From positions 2,666,001 to 2,730,000 of the forward strand of contig OX337231.1 of the NCBI GenBank assembly GCA_946965045.2: a stretch of 64,000 nucleotides of DNA. Reading direction: 5' to 3'. Within the stretch, counting starts at the first letter, position 1. Each line of letters starts with the position of its first letter. A model generated the notes under the pieces. It was not told the DNA's origin. It did not search any database and saw nothing but the letters and a program-made list of their open reading frames with translations. A program made the position numbers and the translations under genes. Source of the stretch: Epithemia pelagica. Its lineage: Eukaryota > Protista > Bacillariophyta. This document shows, piece by piece, positions 44,336 to 56,777 of the stretch.

Positions 44336-44618
44336 GGTCAATTCGTTGTATAGGAATTTGCACCTAGGTTGCACCGATACAGGTTGAGGTCGTATCTTTG
44401 CGTGGAGAAATGTTCGTGACTCGTCGTCGAAGAAGAGTCTTGTTTTCACCAGCGCCGGCCATGAATCTGGCGCGCGGTTTGGGGGCCTTGCCACGTCATT
44501 CATTAGATGATCCCAATGGTGGCGCGACGCTTCCGCCGTGAATCGACGCACTTTTGCTGCGTGACTTCTAAAGAACGTATTGATGATGTTCGAAGTTCGA
44601 AAGGATGGTGGGAATAGG

Positions 44619-46914
44619 GAAATGAGGGACTTTTAGAGGAACATTTAGAAGGACTTTCGGATAAATAGTTTTTTTACGATACGAGAATTCTCTCTGGGCA
44701 TCGTTTCTATTTGTCATGTACATTACTATAAGGACTGGATACCAGCAATGGACAGACGTAAAGCCCCTCTTCTTGTCCAGTTAGAGCGCCAAAGGAAAAG
44801 TCCCAAAACTCTACCCCAGCTAGGCATACGAGCACCTTCACCATGGTTTGTCAATCTAGACGAGCCCCAGTTTTTATCACAATGACTATTCCAAACAATT
44901 CATCCTAAAGATATATGCACATTGCTTGCACATGTAGAGTGGGGAACTCTGGTTTACCAATCTTATGTCCCCGTACTGCGCATCCGACTTTGAGTGTTCC
45001 TACTTTTCATAATTCAAAACTTATTTGATAAATGAGGAGGCGCTAATAGCACAACAATCAACCCGCCTCGTCTACGAGCTCGTATGCATATGAACAGCTA
45101 CAAGTAGAGAGCATCTACCTAGCTTTGTACATGCTTGTATGTGTAGTAGGTTGTAGGCAATCGTTTCGTCTGCGTTCGTCGTTCATCCCATCCTGTCTTT
45201 TGCCTGCATGAATAGTTGGTTGTCGCGTTAGGGTTTTTGCATCCGGTAGGCGAGGTAAGACCATTTGGGTTGCTCTACCTATCACTGTGTTCATGACAGA
45301 GGACGGTGCTCTGTCGCTGTGCCGTCGTCGCCGATTGTTTTGCCGTTTGGCCGAAACGAGCAGTTCATTGTCGCCGCATGTCGTTGTCCCTGGTTCGGTG
45401 ACAGAGAGAAGTTGATTGTTGCATGTGGCTTGTTTTGGTTGTTGGTGGTGGTGGTGGCGTCTCGAAGTGCTTCGTTCGGCAGCAGCGAGTAGTTGATTGT
45501 TGCGTTTGGCTTGTGGTTGTTGTTGTTGCGCCAATGTTTCGGTCACTTGTCGTTGGCGTTGTCATCGCTTGCCATTATTGCCCCATGGTGTTGAGGACAT
45601 TCTGCTCCCAATTGAATAACCCAGTTGATTGTTGTGTTCATTCGCTCTGTTGTTGTCACGTCCGTTGTTTTGTTCGGTGGAGTCGATTGTTGCGTTCGTC
45701 TCATTTTGTTCGAGCGAGAAGTTGATTGTTGCGTTCAGACCTCCAAACGGACGAGGATTTGATTATAGCCTTGAGACGAGCAGCTGATTGTGGTGGACAA
45801 CAAGAGAATTGGTGCGTTTGGACAACGATTTGAGTTAGGAAGCCGTTTGAGAAGAGAGTTGATTGTTGTGTTGTTCGTTGTTGGACGAGAATCAGCCAAT
45901 TGATTCGCAAATGCCCTTGTCGGGGCTCTTCCACGCATCGATCATCAACCTGAATCCCTTTATCTACCGGCATCCATCACAAGTCATGATGCTATCGAAC
46001 ATTGTTGTCTTTCTTACGGATGTTGTTGTTGCTTCGTTCTTCGACCAAGTCGATTTGGTTGCTTCGAAATCCTCCAGTTGATTGCCGTGTGTCCTTGCCG
46101 TTGCTCTCCTACGCCTCATCCATCCATACCAAAGCTTCCATTGTCGTCCCTCCCTGCAATCTTCGTTTGTTCCATCATAATCCATCTCCAATGTCGATCA
46201 TCTCGTCGCGACCTTCCAACCCCAAAGTGGGTGGAAGACTTTCCAACTATTCTTGTAGGTCGATCAAACTCGCCAACTCAATGCCACCCTTTTCACCCAT
46301 CACGGTACACTTGATTCTGAAGACTCCTTGATCGTCGGAGGAGTGCTAGGACCTTTCGTTGGAGGTGCACACCGGCCTGAGTGTGCCAGTGTGGTGTTAT
46401 GCAGTGCAAAATGACCGTAGTGGTCTTCCTACGAAAATAGAATCACTATAGAGAAAACAGTGGAGGCCTTGAAAAGCACGGGCTACTGCTGTAACAATAA
46501 TTTCAGTCCGGTGGAGCTCGTAAGTACGAGTAGTATTGTGCCCACAATTCGTTGTTGGTTGGGCTCATTATATAGTAGTGTACGGGGATCAAAAGTTTTC
46601 CCGAAAGTCTCTCAAAAAGCTATCCTAGAACTCCGAACGTCTCTCAAAAAGCTATCCGAAAGTCTTTCATTTGACTTTTTCAGGCCTTCATAGCGAAATG
46701 AGAGACATTCGGGGAAACTTTCGTTTTTAGGGATAGGGTTAGACTTGGGAATGCAGATGAAGTGGCACTGACAAGACAACTAGGGTCATTTTCTCTAAGA
46801 AGAGTCAATATGGAAGAGTAATGGAGACATCGACGGTCACTGGATGGTCTGTCCGAATGTCAGTCTAATTTTTGAAAGTTTCTCCGAACGTCTGTCATGA
46901 AAGTCCCTCATTTC
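44619..46914. mobile_element. Probable decayed DNA-transposon relic: 15-bp perfect inverted repeat at its ends, a repeated 24-bp motif, and a broken internal repeat-coding region
   Basis: gaaatgagggacttt (44619-33) versus aaagtccctcatttc (46900-14); motif copies at 46591, 46699 (inverted) and 46874. No transposase recognised. Confidence 0.45.
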
Positions 46915-46996
46915 ACTTCTCTCCGAAAGGATGAGGTTCGTTCAGGCCTAAAGCATAAAGCACACCAAAAGTACTTTTCAAGTCCAACACACGACA

Positions 46997-48387
46997 ATGA
47001 CATCGGCTCCAAACCAAAGTTGGGGTGGAGAATCGTTAGATGGCGATGAGCCAGGATCTAAAGGATTCATGGGCTTCATGGACACTGCTCTTCGGAAACT
47101 CGGATCCAGCGGTCAAGTTTTGGTTAACTCTGGATCTGTTCCACCAAGACCCGTCAGCCTTATGCCCAAAAAGAAATTGAGTGTTGAAGATCAGAGCTTT
47201 GCTGAATTTCCGTTTTTGTACGATTTTGCTCGAATGGCGGACACAAGGGACAAGTTTCTGGACGAAGAGGGACAGATGCAACGATGTTGTCCAAAGAGCA
47301 CGAGTGGCTGGTATCGAACTTTATTTGTGGTGAAAGGGCGTGCGTTGGACCGGGTTATCTTGCCCTGGATAGTTGTCACATTACACGCTGTGATCTATTC
47401 GTTACTTGATGAACTGAATGTTCTAAATCATCGTGACCTTACAAGTGAATGGCAGCCAATCTTTACCTTCTCTTTGAACACAACACTTGGTTTCCTGTTG
47501 GTCTTTCGTCTGAATAGAGCAGCAGAGAGATACTGGCAAGCACGCATGTTCTGGGGCCAGATTGTCCTTTATACGAGAACTTTAGTTTCTGGTCTATTGG
47601 TCCATGCAAGCCACGCTCCAATAATTCGAGATGAGGCGTTGCGATGGCTGGCCGCCTTTCCATTGACAGCAAAAGACTTTATTCGAGGGGAAGTCAAATT
47701 TCATCCGGATTGTTACGCAGGAATTCTGTCGACTGAAGAGATTCTGGAACTGGAACAAAATAGCCATGCTCCTCTGTACGCCGCATACCAAGTTCGTCGA
47801 CACATCAAGGCATTGTTTTGTGTTACGGAAGACACGAATCCTGGAGTGGCATTCAGTCGAACGCAGCATATGAATCTGATGGAAAGTCAGATAAACCGAT
47901 TAATGGAAGCCCAAGCCTCCATGGAAAGAATTAAAGGAACGCCTCTTCCGCTCGTGGACGTTACCCATTTACGTACATTCATTCTGATTAATTTGTTCTT
48001 GCTTCCGTGGATTTGGGGACCTTCATGGGGATGGTACACTGTTCCTATTGTGGCAGTTGTGGGCTTTGCTCTTCTTGGTATCGAAGCATCATGTAAGAGA
48101 AAGAAAACCAATATTGTTGCTTTTTCCGAAACTGTATTTTTGCTCACTTTTCTTTTTGGATTTGATGCTGAACAGCGGCCGAAGTCGAAATACCCTTTCG
48201 GAAAGACCGTGTGAACGCCCTTGATATGGACGGCTACTGCAAAACACTGTTGATGAACATTCTTCAGCTTGTCGTTGAGTACAAGAACACTTGCATCGCA
48301 GAGAAAGATTCTGCGAACGGCTTGAGTCACACTGGATCCGTCAGTCGAGAGACAGAGCCCGATCGCAATGGCGAAGAAGACGTGTAG
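46997..48387 (+). CDS. Bestrophin-like (UPF0187/YneE-type) anion channel; intron 48093-48175
   Basis: LGFLLVFRL..AAERYWQAR..WG, MERIKGTPLP, THLRTF; splicing gives LLGIEASSAEVEIPF...LDMD...EEDV*. Confidence 0.87.
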
Positions 48388-48401
48388 ATCCGAGGACTCA
48401 A

Positions 48402-50099
48402 TCAGATATTCGACAGCTGCCAAGCTCGTCGGTAGGACGCAATATCGACTTTGAGTGATGGTGAGAGATGATCGTCCCATTGTGATTCGTCACTGTTGGA
48501 ACTTTGTGAAGGCTGCTTGTTTTCAAGAAAGGTCAGGATGGAAAAGCAAGATTTTAAGTTCAGCCGCAACAAGTCTCGTTCAAATGTATCAAAGTACAGC
48601 GAAAGCCTCTCCCCATTGGTTGTTGCGGTAGTCGTTGGATTCATACCGAGGAACATTTTATTTCGCCAGTTTGGTCCGCCTTTCCATTCAGCTCCTAATC
48701 CACGAAAGTCCCGACATACTAAATATCTTTCTGCTGAAGCTGGTCGCGAACTAATTGGCTTGAGCGCCACCATATCCGCGAATTTGAGATGCAAGTCCAT
48801 CAAGACCGCCCGGACCACACACGTTTGAAATCCAAACATTTTGATAACCAGCGTCCCACCTATGCGCAATAACGACAAAGCAGCGGCAACCTCACAAACG
48901 ACAAGTTTTTGTGCCATGGCCTCTTGGTCCTCAGAATCTCGCTGGGCATCAAAGCCCCCATCTGCCATAACAAGGTGCGCTTTAGCTTGTTCAGCTTCGT
49001 CTTCATCTGTACAATCCATACTGGAGAACTCTGCTTCTTCGGGTTTTCGACGGCGATAATTGTTGGTGTAGTCGTCTTTCATCAAATTTAGCAAGGCCTC
49101 TACATTGTCCCAACGGAACACGTCCCCAGTTCCATCTACACCGCTGAAAATTGTATATGTTTCTTGATCGAAGTCATCACCTCGGTATTCAGCTTCGTCT
49201 TTTGACATGGAATTTGATGCCTGACGACTTTTTATTTTCCATGGTGTCCCTTCACCATGCTCGTTAGATCCAATCAACGACATTCCGTAACCGTAGCATG
49301 GAGACGAATCAGAAGTTTGTTGTCGTCTTTGTCGTCTTTTCATCATGACATACTCACTGAAACCTCCAGGTGCACCACAGAGATCAACAAACACAAAGGG
49401 ATCCCTTCCATCGTCTCCCACGTTATTACGATTTGTCAGCGCAAAATTTAACAGAGCGTCAATGTTGGTCAATTTTACTGCAGCGCGGTTGAGGAATAAG
49501 CGGTGAGCGAGGCCACCTCTTTTGCGTTCTCCCAGAATCTCGAATGGGTTGCACTGTGATCGGGCCATGTTGAACACGTCTCGCGATGATAACGCCGAGG
49601 CTGGGTGACTTCTGCTATGGATCGGTTCATTCATTGAACACCGTTCTGCGCAAAGCTCTGCAGCAGGAAGGAGCTTTCTTTTGACCAGTAACAGTTGCCT
49701 TGACAAAGAATCAATGTCTGCACGAAGGCGAGATTTTAAACTCATGGAATCCTCGTCCTCTCCATCATCTAGAGTACAACCAGAGTTACTGTCTTCGTCC
49801 CATAGACTGGAGAAGTCGTTGAAGCAAGAGGGATTGCAGAGCCAACTCGACACAACGATGCTTCTTTCTGTTATGGTTGTGGTGTCACCTGACCAAGACA
49901 CTTCAGGTCGAGCTGAATTGTTGCTGTCTTCAAGTTCATTCTGGGCAATGAAGTCAAAGTAGTCTGTTTCAAGTAACCTTGAGCCACCAGAGGAATTATT
50001 TGGATTTTGATCAACGCGCTGTCGCTTCGCATAGCGTCCAGAAAGGGTCTTCTTCCTGCCCATTGTTTTCCCTCGGTGATCGATCCTTCTGCCGAACAT
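48402..50099 (-). CDS. FtsJ/RrmJ-family cap-specific mRNA 2'-O-methyltransferase (CMTR1-like)
   Basis: FLNRAAVKL (K), DLCGAPGGFSEY, VMADGGFD (D), LVIKMF (K), SRPASAERYLVC (E). Confidence 0.88.
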   Translation of the reverse strand: MFGRRIDHRGKTMGRKKTLSGRYAKRQRVDQNPNNSSGGSRLLETDYFDFIAQNELEDSNNSARPEVSWSGDTTTITERSIVVSSWLCNPSCFNDFSSLWDEDSNSGCTLDDGEDEDSMSLKSRLRADIDSLSRQLLLVKRKLLPAAELCAERCSMNEPIHSRSHPASALSSRDVFNMARSQCNPFEILGERKRGGLAHRLFLNRAAVKLTNIDALLNFALTNRNNVGDDGRDPFVFVDLCGAPGGFSEYVMMKRRQRRQQTSDSSPCYGYGMSLIGSNEHGEGTPWKIKSRQASNSMSKDEAEYRGDDFDQETYTIFSGVDGTGDVFRWDNVEALLNLMKDDYTNNYRRRKPEEAEFSSMDCTDEDEAEQAKAHLVMADGGFDAQRDSEDQEAMAQKLVVCEVAAALSLLRIGGTLVIKMFGFQTCVVRAVLMDLHLKFADMVALKPISSRPASAERYLVCRDFRGLGAEWKGGPNWRNKMFLGMNPTTTATTNGERLSLYFDTFERDLLRLNLKSCFSILTFLENKQPSQSSNSDESQWDDHLSPSLKVDIASYRRAWQLSNI

Positions 50100-50304
50100 A
50101 AATGAGGGAGTTTCATGGTAAATATGGCTCGGAGCACGGAGTACAACTGGGGCTATGGGGAAGACTTACGTCAGCGTAAAACCCCACTTCCCATCCATCC
50201 GCATTGCCAGTAGACTCCCATTGAATTCTTGATTCTCGATATCGTTCATTGCATATCGTAACTATTCTGTCAGTGAGTTGCGTTTTGGTGGATCACCTCT
50301 ACCA

Positions 50305-52176
50305 ATGCGACTTCGAATCCTTGATTCCAGGGGCCTTATAACTCGTCAGTTGGCTTTGGCCGCAGCTTTTTCGTTCCTGCTGAGTTCAACAGGCAGAACA
50401 CCTCTCTCTCCTTTGCTGGCTGTGGAAGCTTACGTGCCTTTTCCGACCCTCCAACCACAACTCGCTTCAAAAACTCCTTTCCCAACTCCACAATTTTCTC
50501 CTCCTTTTCTGAATTTTCGCAGAGGATCTTCCAGGATGAAGGAATCACTCGATGAGCAAACCAAAACCGAGACGACATCACTCCTTGGCGAAAATGGCGA
50601 GTCGACTCTGTCGAACCCTCCGAACAAAAAGTCCACGGGACAAAGTATCTTGGAACTTGCCATCCCTGCAGCGGGAGCCTTGTTGATTGATCCGCTAATG
50701 ACTCTGGCTGATACGGCTTTTGTTGGACGATTCAGTGATTCAGGTGCTGACCAACTTGCAGGAATGGGGAGTGCAGCAGCTCTATTGACGTTTTCGTTTT
50801 ATCTCTTTAATTTCTTGTGCACAGCAACTACACCGCTGGTGAGTTTGACGTACATGGGAAGGCTTTCACACAAACATGTGGATACTCACTCTGGCTTTAT
50901 GTTCTTGTAACTTCGTCACCTCTTCGTCACTTTTTTTGGCACAAACTCTTCTTTCTTCTACAAGGTGGCATCCAAACGAGCGGCTGGATCTGAGAGTGAA
51001 GCTATTGCAGTCGGTGGACAGGCCCTTTCTTTGGCACTTACGCTTGGCTCATGCCTGACACTGATTCTTCTCAGCTTTGGACAACCCCTTCTCACTGTGA
51101 TGGGAACATCCATTACGGGCGAAGCTGCCAACGGGTACGCTCTCGCGTTTCTTTCAGTGCGTGCATTTGCAGCCCCTGCTGTCTTTTGTATTGATGCCAG
51201 CACTGGCGTTTTGCGGGGCTATCTCGACACCAAAACTCCCATTCTCGTCTTGGTGATTGCGAATGTTATGAACCTAGTCCTTGACATTATACTCATTGCT
51301 TTTGCCGGAATGGGACCTCTGGGAGCTGCTATTGCCACAACAACAGCTGAATGGATCAGTGCTGGTTTGTTCTTGCTCGTACTTGCTGGACGTCTCCCTT
51401 CCGCGGATGGACAACTTGGTAGCAATAGGCAATCCTCGCAGGACGGGACTGCTGTGTCCGTTGTTCCCTTGCTCAAACTTCCAAGTTGGACCGAAGTGAA
51501 ACCTCTCATTATTGCCTCGTCGTCGGTGTTTGCACGGGCATTGGTTTTGCAACTATCTTTATCTTCAGCTGCTGCAATGGCCGCGAGAAGCGGTGGTGCA
51601 GACTTTGCCATGGGCGGTGTCGCAGCGGCGTCAGTTGCAGCTCATCAAATCGGTATCCAGTTGTGGCTGTTGTGTAGCTTCTTTTGCGACTCGTTAGCGG
51701 CAGCTTCCCAGGGATTGGTGGCTGATGCATTGGGAAGACAAGACCAAAATGATGCACGCGAAATTTCCAAAACGGTCTTTTCCTACAGCGTGGTTCTTGG
51801 TATCTTCCTGGCCACCGTGTTGCAAGTAGGTGCATCCACAGAATGGCTCTTTGATCTATTCACGAAAGACGAAGCAACTCGAAACGCCCTTTCCCATATC
51901 ATGCCATTGATTGTGCTGACTCAACCTGTGAATGCACTGGTATTTTCTGCCGATGGAGTTCTTCAAGGGGCGTCCGAGTTCCCTTTCCAGGCTAGCGCAA
52001 TGGCACTATCGGGACTAACCGGAGTTGGCACGTTCCTTCTTTTACAAGGAGGTGACGGAGGGGTGGATACGTTGATTCATGTATGGACTGCGTTATTGGC
52101 CTTGCAACTCATGCGAGGTTTGACTTCGCTTTACAAACTCGCAGATCGCGAGGGTCCAATCAACCTGTTTATATAG
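50305..52176 (+). CDS. MATE/DinF-family transporter with organelle-targeting presequence; intron 50839-50964
   Basis: LAIPA...LIDPLMTLADTAFVGR, GVLRGYLDTKTP, AAHQIG, DSLAAA.Q, DGVLQGA. Confidence 0.9.
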
Positions 52177-52299
52177 AGATTATTGGGTTACCAGATTGGA
52201 AGATCGGACGATGAACATGTCTCACTAGTACATATGTCCGTGCTGTTTATTCCCTGCACACAATCTACTCCACAAGAGGAATGGTGTGTCTTCTTCTTG

Positions 52300-52844
52300 T
52301 CATTCGGGTGGTGACTTCATTGCCGTCTTTTGCCGGACGTGTCTAGAATCATCCACAAGCAATGGGTTGGGTTCAAGAATATCCGTCTCTGACAAAGAAT
52401 CAGCTGTTTCGTCGGGATGTTCCTGTTTAAGCTGTTCGGCTTTCAGTTGGAACTCATCTTTTTCGTGATCATGTACGTCCTCGGCCCATTGCCGGGCGGT
52501 GATAGCCAAGATGGCTTTATGCGAATAGTCTTGACCACTAAGTTGTAAATGCTCTTTGATGGCCTCATAGTTGTGTTGGACAAATAACTCGTATCCTTGT
52601 TGAGAACGGCTTGTGTCCTCGCTCTTCCCAACTTTGAGACGCTTGTCTAATTAATATTAAATGCCTTTCATCAGTTCAATTTTCAGCATAAATATTGTTA
52701 ATGGAGCAAAACGGAGTACTCACTTTCGATCGGTGATATATTTGCCTCAATAGCTGCTGCAGTTCTCCTTAGTGATTTAGCCCTTTCTTCAGCTTGGTTT
52801 GCTTCACATTTCAGGAATGCCATGAATGCCTCGATTGATCCCAT
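52300..52844 (-). CDS. Small HMG-box-like protein; intron 52647-52723
   Basis: Manual splice: MGSIEAFMAFLK...PIE|NKRLK...GYELFVQHNYEAIK...ILAITARQWAE...EKDEFQLKAEQLKQE. Confidence 0.65.
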
Positions 52845-53277
52845 TGTCTGAACTTAACCCTGAACGCGACTTCTTGAATTGCATTCGTTGCGTCATTTTC
52901 GGAAGATACTTCGCGATAGCACAACGATATAAAGATACTGGTCTCTCTAGTAGAGCAGGTAGATCGGATAGACGATAATGCAATACATAGCGAGGAAAGG
53001 TAAGGTTAGTGCATACTCCTAGAGATCTTACTCCTAGGAGTACAATAGATCCTTGCAAAAGTTGTAATAGCAACAGACAAAATATCTTAGACACGAGTTT
53101 CCATGAAAGTTGCTTTCTAGGGAAAATGACGAGAGTATCTATGGGTTTCCATTTCGTGTCGGTGCAGATATCTTCATCCATGGCGTGCAGATGTGAAGAT
53201 GGACTCGAGAGGGACCACTACGAGCATCCTCAAGGAGGAGACGAAGACTGCTTAATTCTACTACTCTGGCCTTGCTT

Positions 53278-55443
53278 CTAAAACTTTCGACCCACTCCAG
53301 GAACTCCTCCACCTCTTCTGCGCCGTCCTCCGCTTCGAACCGACCGACCTCCCGTATACCTTGCTGTAGAGTCACGAATATCAAAAGGCATTAACGGTGG
53401 ACGCACGGAAACCGCGATTCCTTTTGGAACACTAACTTGAATCTGGGCATCTCCAGCACCCGTGACGGCAATCCATCCTAGACCAGTAAGGGCAATGTCG
53501 GCGGCAGCTTCCTTCCAACCGGATCCCTTGATGTCAATGACATGGTGTTCAAACTCTCCAATTTCCTCAATTCGCTCGGGCCCGGGAGGTAAAGGAGGTT
53601 GCAGCAGTTCTCCGGCATGTTTCCTTCGGACTTCTTCGGCCTTGCTCAAGTCAGTTTTATGAATTTTGATATCATTGGAAACAAAGACGGACAAAAAGAA
53701 CGATCGACTTTCACCAACCACACCAACATAGGCAAGGCCTCCAATCATGACGCATTTCCCATTGGCAACATTATATGTCACGGGTTCCACGCGTTTCCTT
53801 GGAACAACTAGTTTCAGCTCTTCGGGAGTCAGCATATGCGTCAAGGTTCCTGGAACCAGCAGTCCAGGTGTGTCGTACAAGTTCTTTCCTTCCGGTAACA
53901 TAACCTTGATGAATCGGAGGGTTGTTCCTGGAAGGGGACTTGCCGTAACAGCAGTTTTGTATTTGTTCTTGTTTCCGGCTCTCTTCTTTCCTGGCAATTT
54001 ATCCAACTCTGACTTTCGGTTCCGAAGGATGTAGTTTATGAGAGTAGACTTACCGGCATTTGCGGCTCCCACAACATAGATATCGCATTCCATTTCATCG
54101 GCAAGTTGACGTGCTTTGTCCAACATTGGATATACTCCATCTCCTGTTTTGCAACTCACCAGCCGAACCGCACCACCCACATTGGCCAAGGACTTTATTC
54201 CCAGGTACTTGAGCTCCCGTCGTACCCATTGCTCGGCTCGTACCGGACCCATTTTACTGGGCAGCAAATCGGCCTTGTTGGCTGCGACAATGACTGGGTT
54301 GGAACCAGCAATGTTGTCGAGCTCTGGTAAGACGGATCCAGCAAAGTCAAACAAATCCACTAACGCAATAATGACCGCTTTCCTGGTCGCAATGGGCTTT
54401 AACAATTTGCGAAACGTTGCTTGTGCCAGCAAGGGATCCTCGGTCCATCCAGGACGCAAAGATACGTCCACTTTTCCCGAGTGCTGCAAGTCAAAGCATC
54501 TTTTACAAATGGTCGGTTTGGCCGAAGTGAGGGCGTCCAGGTCAATGCCCATGTTTTCTGCCATTTTATAAATATCCATCTCGTCCAAACGAGGAGCGTC
54601 CGTGCCTTCCTTTCCACTGGTTTGAATCAACCAGTCCACTTCATCCTCGGGCGTCCAGTCATCAGACATGGATTTTTGTTGCAATCTCCTCATTTTGTCA
54701 ATTCTATCTAGTTTTTGCTGGACCTCAAACTTTTCTTTTGGCAAGAACCCTGGTCGACTTTCGTCTGAGGTTTGAAAGTCTGACCCACAGGCCGGACACG
54801 TCATGGCTTCGGTGACCAACTTGTACTTTTCTTGTCGCTGTATTCCATCCCCCTCAAAGGGATTGAGCTCTGGCCGAAAGCCAAGTTCACGAAGTGTTCG
54901 TGGACCTATATCCTGTGCCAACTTGTCCAGGTCCTCAGGAACTGTGACTCGTCCCAAATCCATGTCTCGTTGCGCCGACGCAATTCGATCGTCCATGCTG
55001 TCATAATCAACCCCGTCGTCCACAAACTCATGGTCAGTCTTTCCAGATAGTTCTTTTGGGAAAACATAATCATCGTCGTCAAAGTCGTCATCAAAGGTAT
55101 CTTCGCTGGTAAAATGAGAGTCGGTTGGAGTGAATCCCTCCTTACGAGCAAGCTCGTCAAATGCCGCGGCCAATTTCTCTGACTGCTCTGGTGTGATTTG
55201 ATTGATCTTGAATTTTTGTTTGTTCGAGGCTTTCTTCTTTTTAGATCGTGCTACATCGTCCGCTCCCGACGATGCTGCAACCCGCGACAACGGTTTCGAC
55301 GAAAAGTATCGAGAAAGCCCATAGGTCGTCGTCGCTGGTCTCACGACAGATCGAGTGGTCAAGGATAAGGCTCCTCGTCTCAACAGGACATGATACTGCA
55401 ATGGCAACATCGTCAAGGCGTATATTTGTGATAGAAACCTCAT
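53278..55443 (-). CDS. YqeH/NOA1-like circularly permuted GTPase (organellar ribosome biogenesis)
   Basis: CPAC...CKRC Zn finger; G4 NKAD precedes G1 GAANAGKS and G3 DTPG. Confidence 0.9.
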   Translation of the reverse strand: MRFLSQIYALTMLPLQYHVLLRRGALSLTTRSVVRPATTTYGLSRYFSSKPLSRVAASSGADDVARSKKKKASNKQKFKINQITPEQSEKLAAAFDELARKEGFTPTDSHFTSEDTFDDDFDDDDYVFPKELSGKTDHEFVDDGVDYDSMDDRIASAQRDMDLGRVTVPEDLDKLAQDIGPRTLRELGFRPELNPFEGDGIQRQEKYKLVTEAMTCPACGSDFQTSDESRPGFLPKEKFEVQQKLDRIDKMRRLQQKSMSDDWTPEDEVDWLIQTSGKEGTDAPRLDEMDIYKMAENMGIDLDALTSAKPTICKRCFDLQHSGKVDVSLRPGWTEDPLLAQATFRKLLKPIATRKAVIIALVDLFDFAGSVLPELDNIAGSNPVIVAANKADLLPSKMGPVRAEQWVRRELKYLGIKSLANVGGAVRLVSCKTGDGVYPMLDKARQLADEMECDIYVVGAANAGKSTLINYILRNRKSELDKLPGKKRAGNKNKYKTAVTASPLPGTTLRFIKVMLPEGKNLYDTPGLLVPGTLTHMLTPEELKLVVPRKRVEPVTYNVANGKCVMIGGLAYVGVVGESRSFFLSVFVSNDIKIHKTDLSKAEEVRRKHAGELLQPPLPPGPERIEEIGEFEHHVIDIKGSGWKEAAADIALTGLGWIAVTGAGDAQIQVSVPKGIAVSVRPPLMPFDIRDSTARYTGGRSVRSGGRRRRGGGVPGVGRKF

Positions 55444-55737
55444 GTAGGAGGCAGCATGTGTGAAGAAGGTATTACAGCGAACTTGATGTCTTTTGCGAGG
55501 ACTTGTCGTCGGCTTCCGAAATCTTTCTTCGTTGGTTTTGGTTGGTGAAAGGACAGATGGGAAAGAACGAATCCGGACGACGATCGGACGGTTCGTCTTT
55601 GAATCGCTTTTAGGTCCCTGACGAACACTCCCTAGCTATCCAACCCTTTCGTAGTTGAACTACAATAACGAGCGATCTTTCCTGTCGGAACCTCATGATC
55701 GATATAGCCCAAATAGGTCCAGTTTGCTGCTGCCAAG

Positions 55738-56465
55738 ATGATGAAGACTGCCGTTCTTTCCCTTTTGTGCGCCTCGGCGGCTGCCTTTGCCCCGGCTGTG
55801 CAACAATCTCAAAGCACCGTGCTTCAAGCGCACCCATACGCCAACGAAGTTGGTGCACAAGCTCCTGTAAGTGTCCTTATGGAGGTGGGGAATGTTGGTT
55901 TGGTCAAGTCTCATGTTCGTTTCCATGCTTTTCGGCAATGCTGCTGATATTCTCGCCGTTACTGGTTGCTCGCTGATCCGTACAGCTTGGTGTATATGAC
56001 CCTTTCAATATCTTGGAAGGTGTTCCCCAAGAAGGTTTCAACAACCTTCGTTACATTGAGCTCAAACATGGCCGTGTTGCCATGTTGGCCTTTACCGGAT
56101 ACATCTCCACAGCTGCCGGTTTCCGATTCCCTGGCTGCGAGGACATTCCGGATGGTTTGAAAGCCTTCCCCGCCGTTGCTTCGGCCGAAGGTGGAACCAA
56201 CGTTTTGTTGCAAATGCTTGCCTTCTTTGCCTTGGCCGAAATTGTGAACCGAGACATTCCAGGAACGGGCAACGAACACATTGGTGACTTCCGCAATGGA
56301 GCACTAGACTTTGGCTGGGACAAATATGACGAGGCAACCAAACTGAAAAAGCGGGCAATTGAGCTCAACAACGGACGTGCTGCTATGATGGGTATCACTG
56401 GTCTTGTCACTCATGAATGCATTGGTGTCTCCATCCTTCCAGGTGGCTACCTCCCAGGTCACTAA
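55738..56465 (+). CDS. Fucoxanthin-chlorophyll a/c protein, Lhcf type; intron 55867-55985
   Basis: AAAFAP presequence, GAQAP|LGVYDP, ELKHGRVAMLA, GDFRNG, ELNNGRAAMMG. Confidence 0.92.
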
Positions 56466-56777
56466 ACACTGACCAAGAACGACTCCTGGGCTGAACAACG
56501 TAGAGGTTCTTTCCAGTCTGATCTTCCACCAAACTTTTGTGCTATTAGATTCGTAATTCTAATCTATTAGTCTTATCTCCACAACGGCAATGCCACCGTG
56601 GAAACACAATCATGGGAAGTCAACAGTCATTTTTATTTTAGATACTAGGTTGGAGGAAAGTGGACGCATGACTTGCTTGTTATTTAAATTGCGACTCGGA
56701 ATTAGGTCTGAGATACGATGAAGTATAAAGGTTTACGTTGGTGGTTGTCCTTCTACGGGAGGGTGTCTTGTTTACAA

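Noticed and set aside
44338-44551. 72-aa N-terminal extension of the LHC ORF given in the track
   Set aside because: Begins at a non-ATG codon; the real presequence starts at MKYFAAS (44335).
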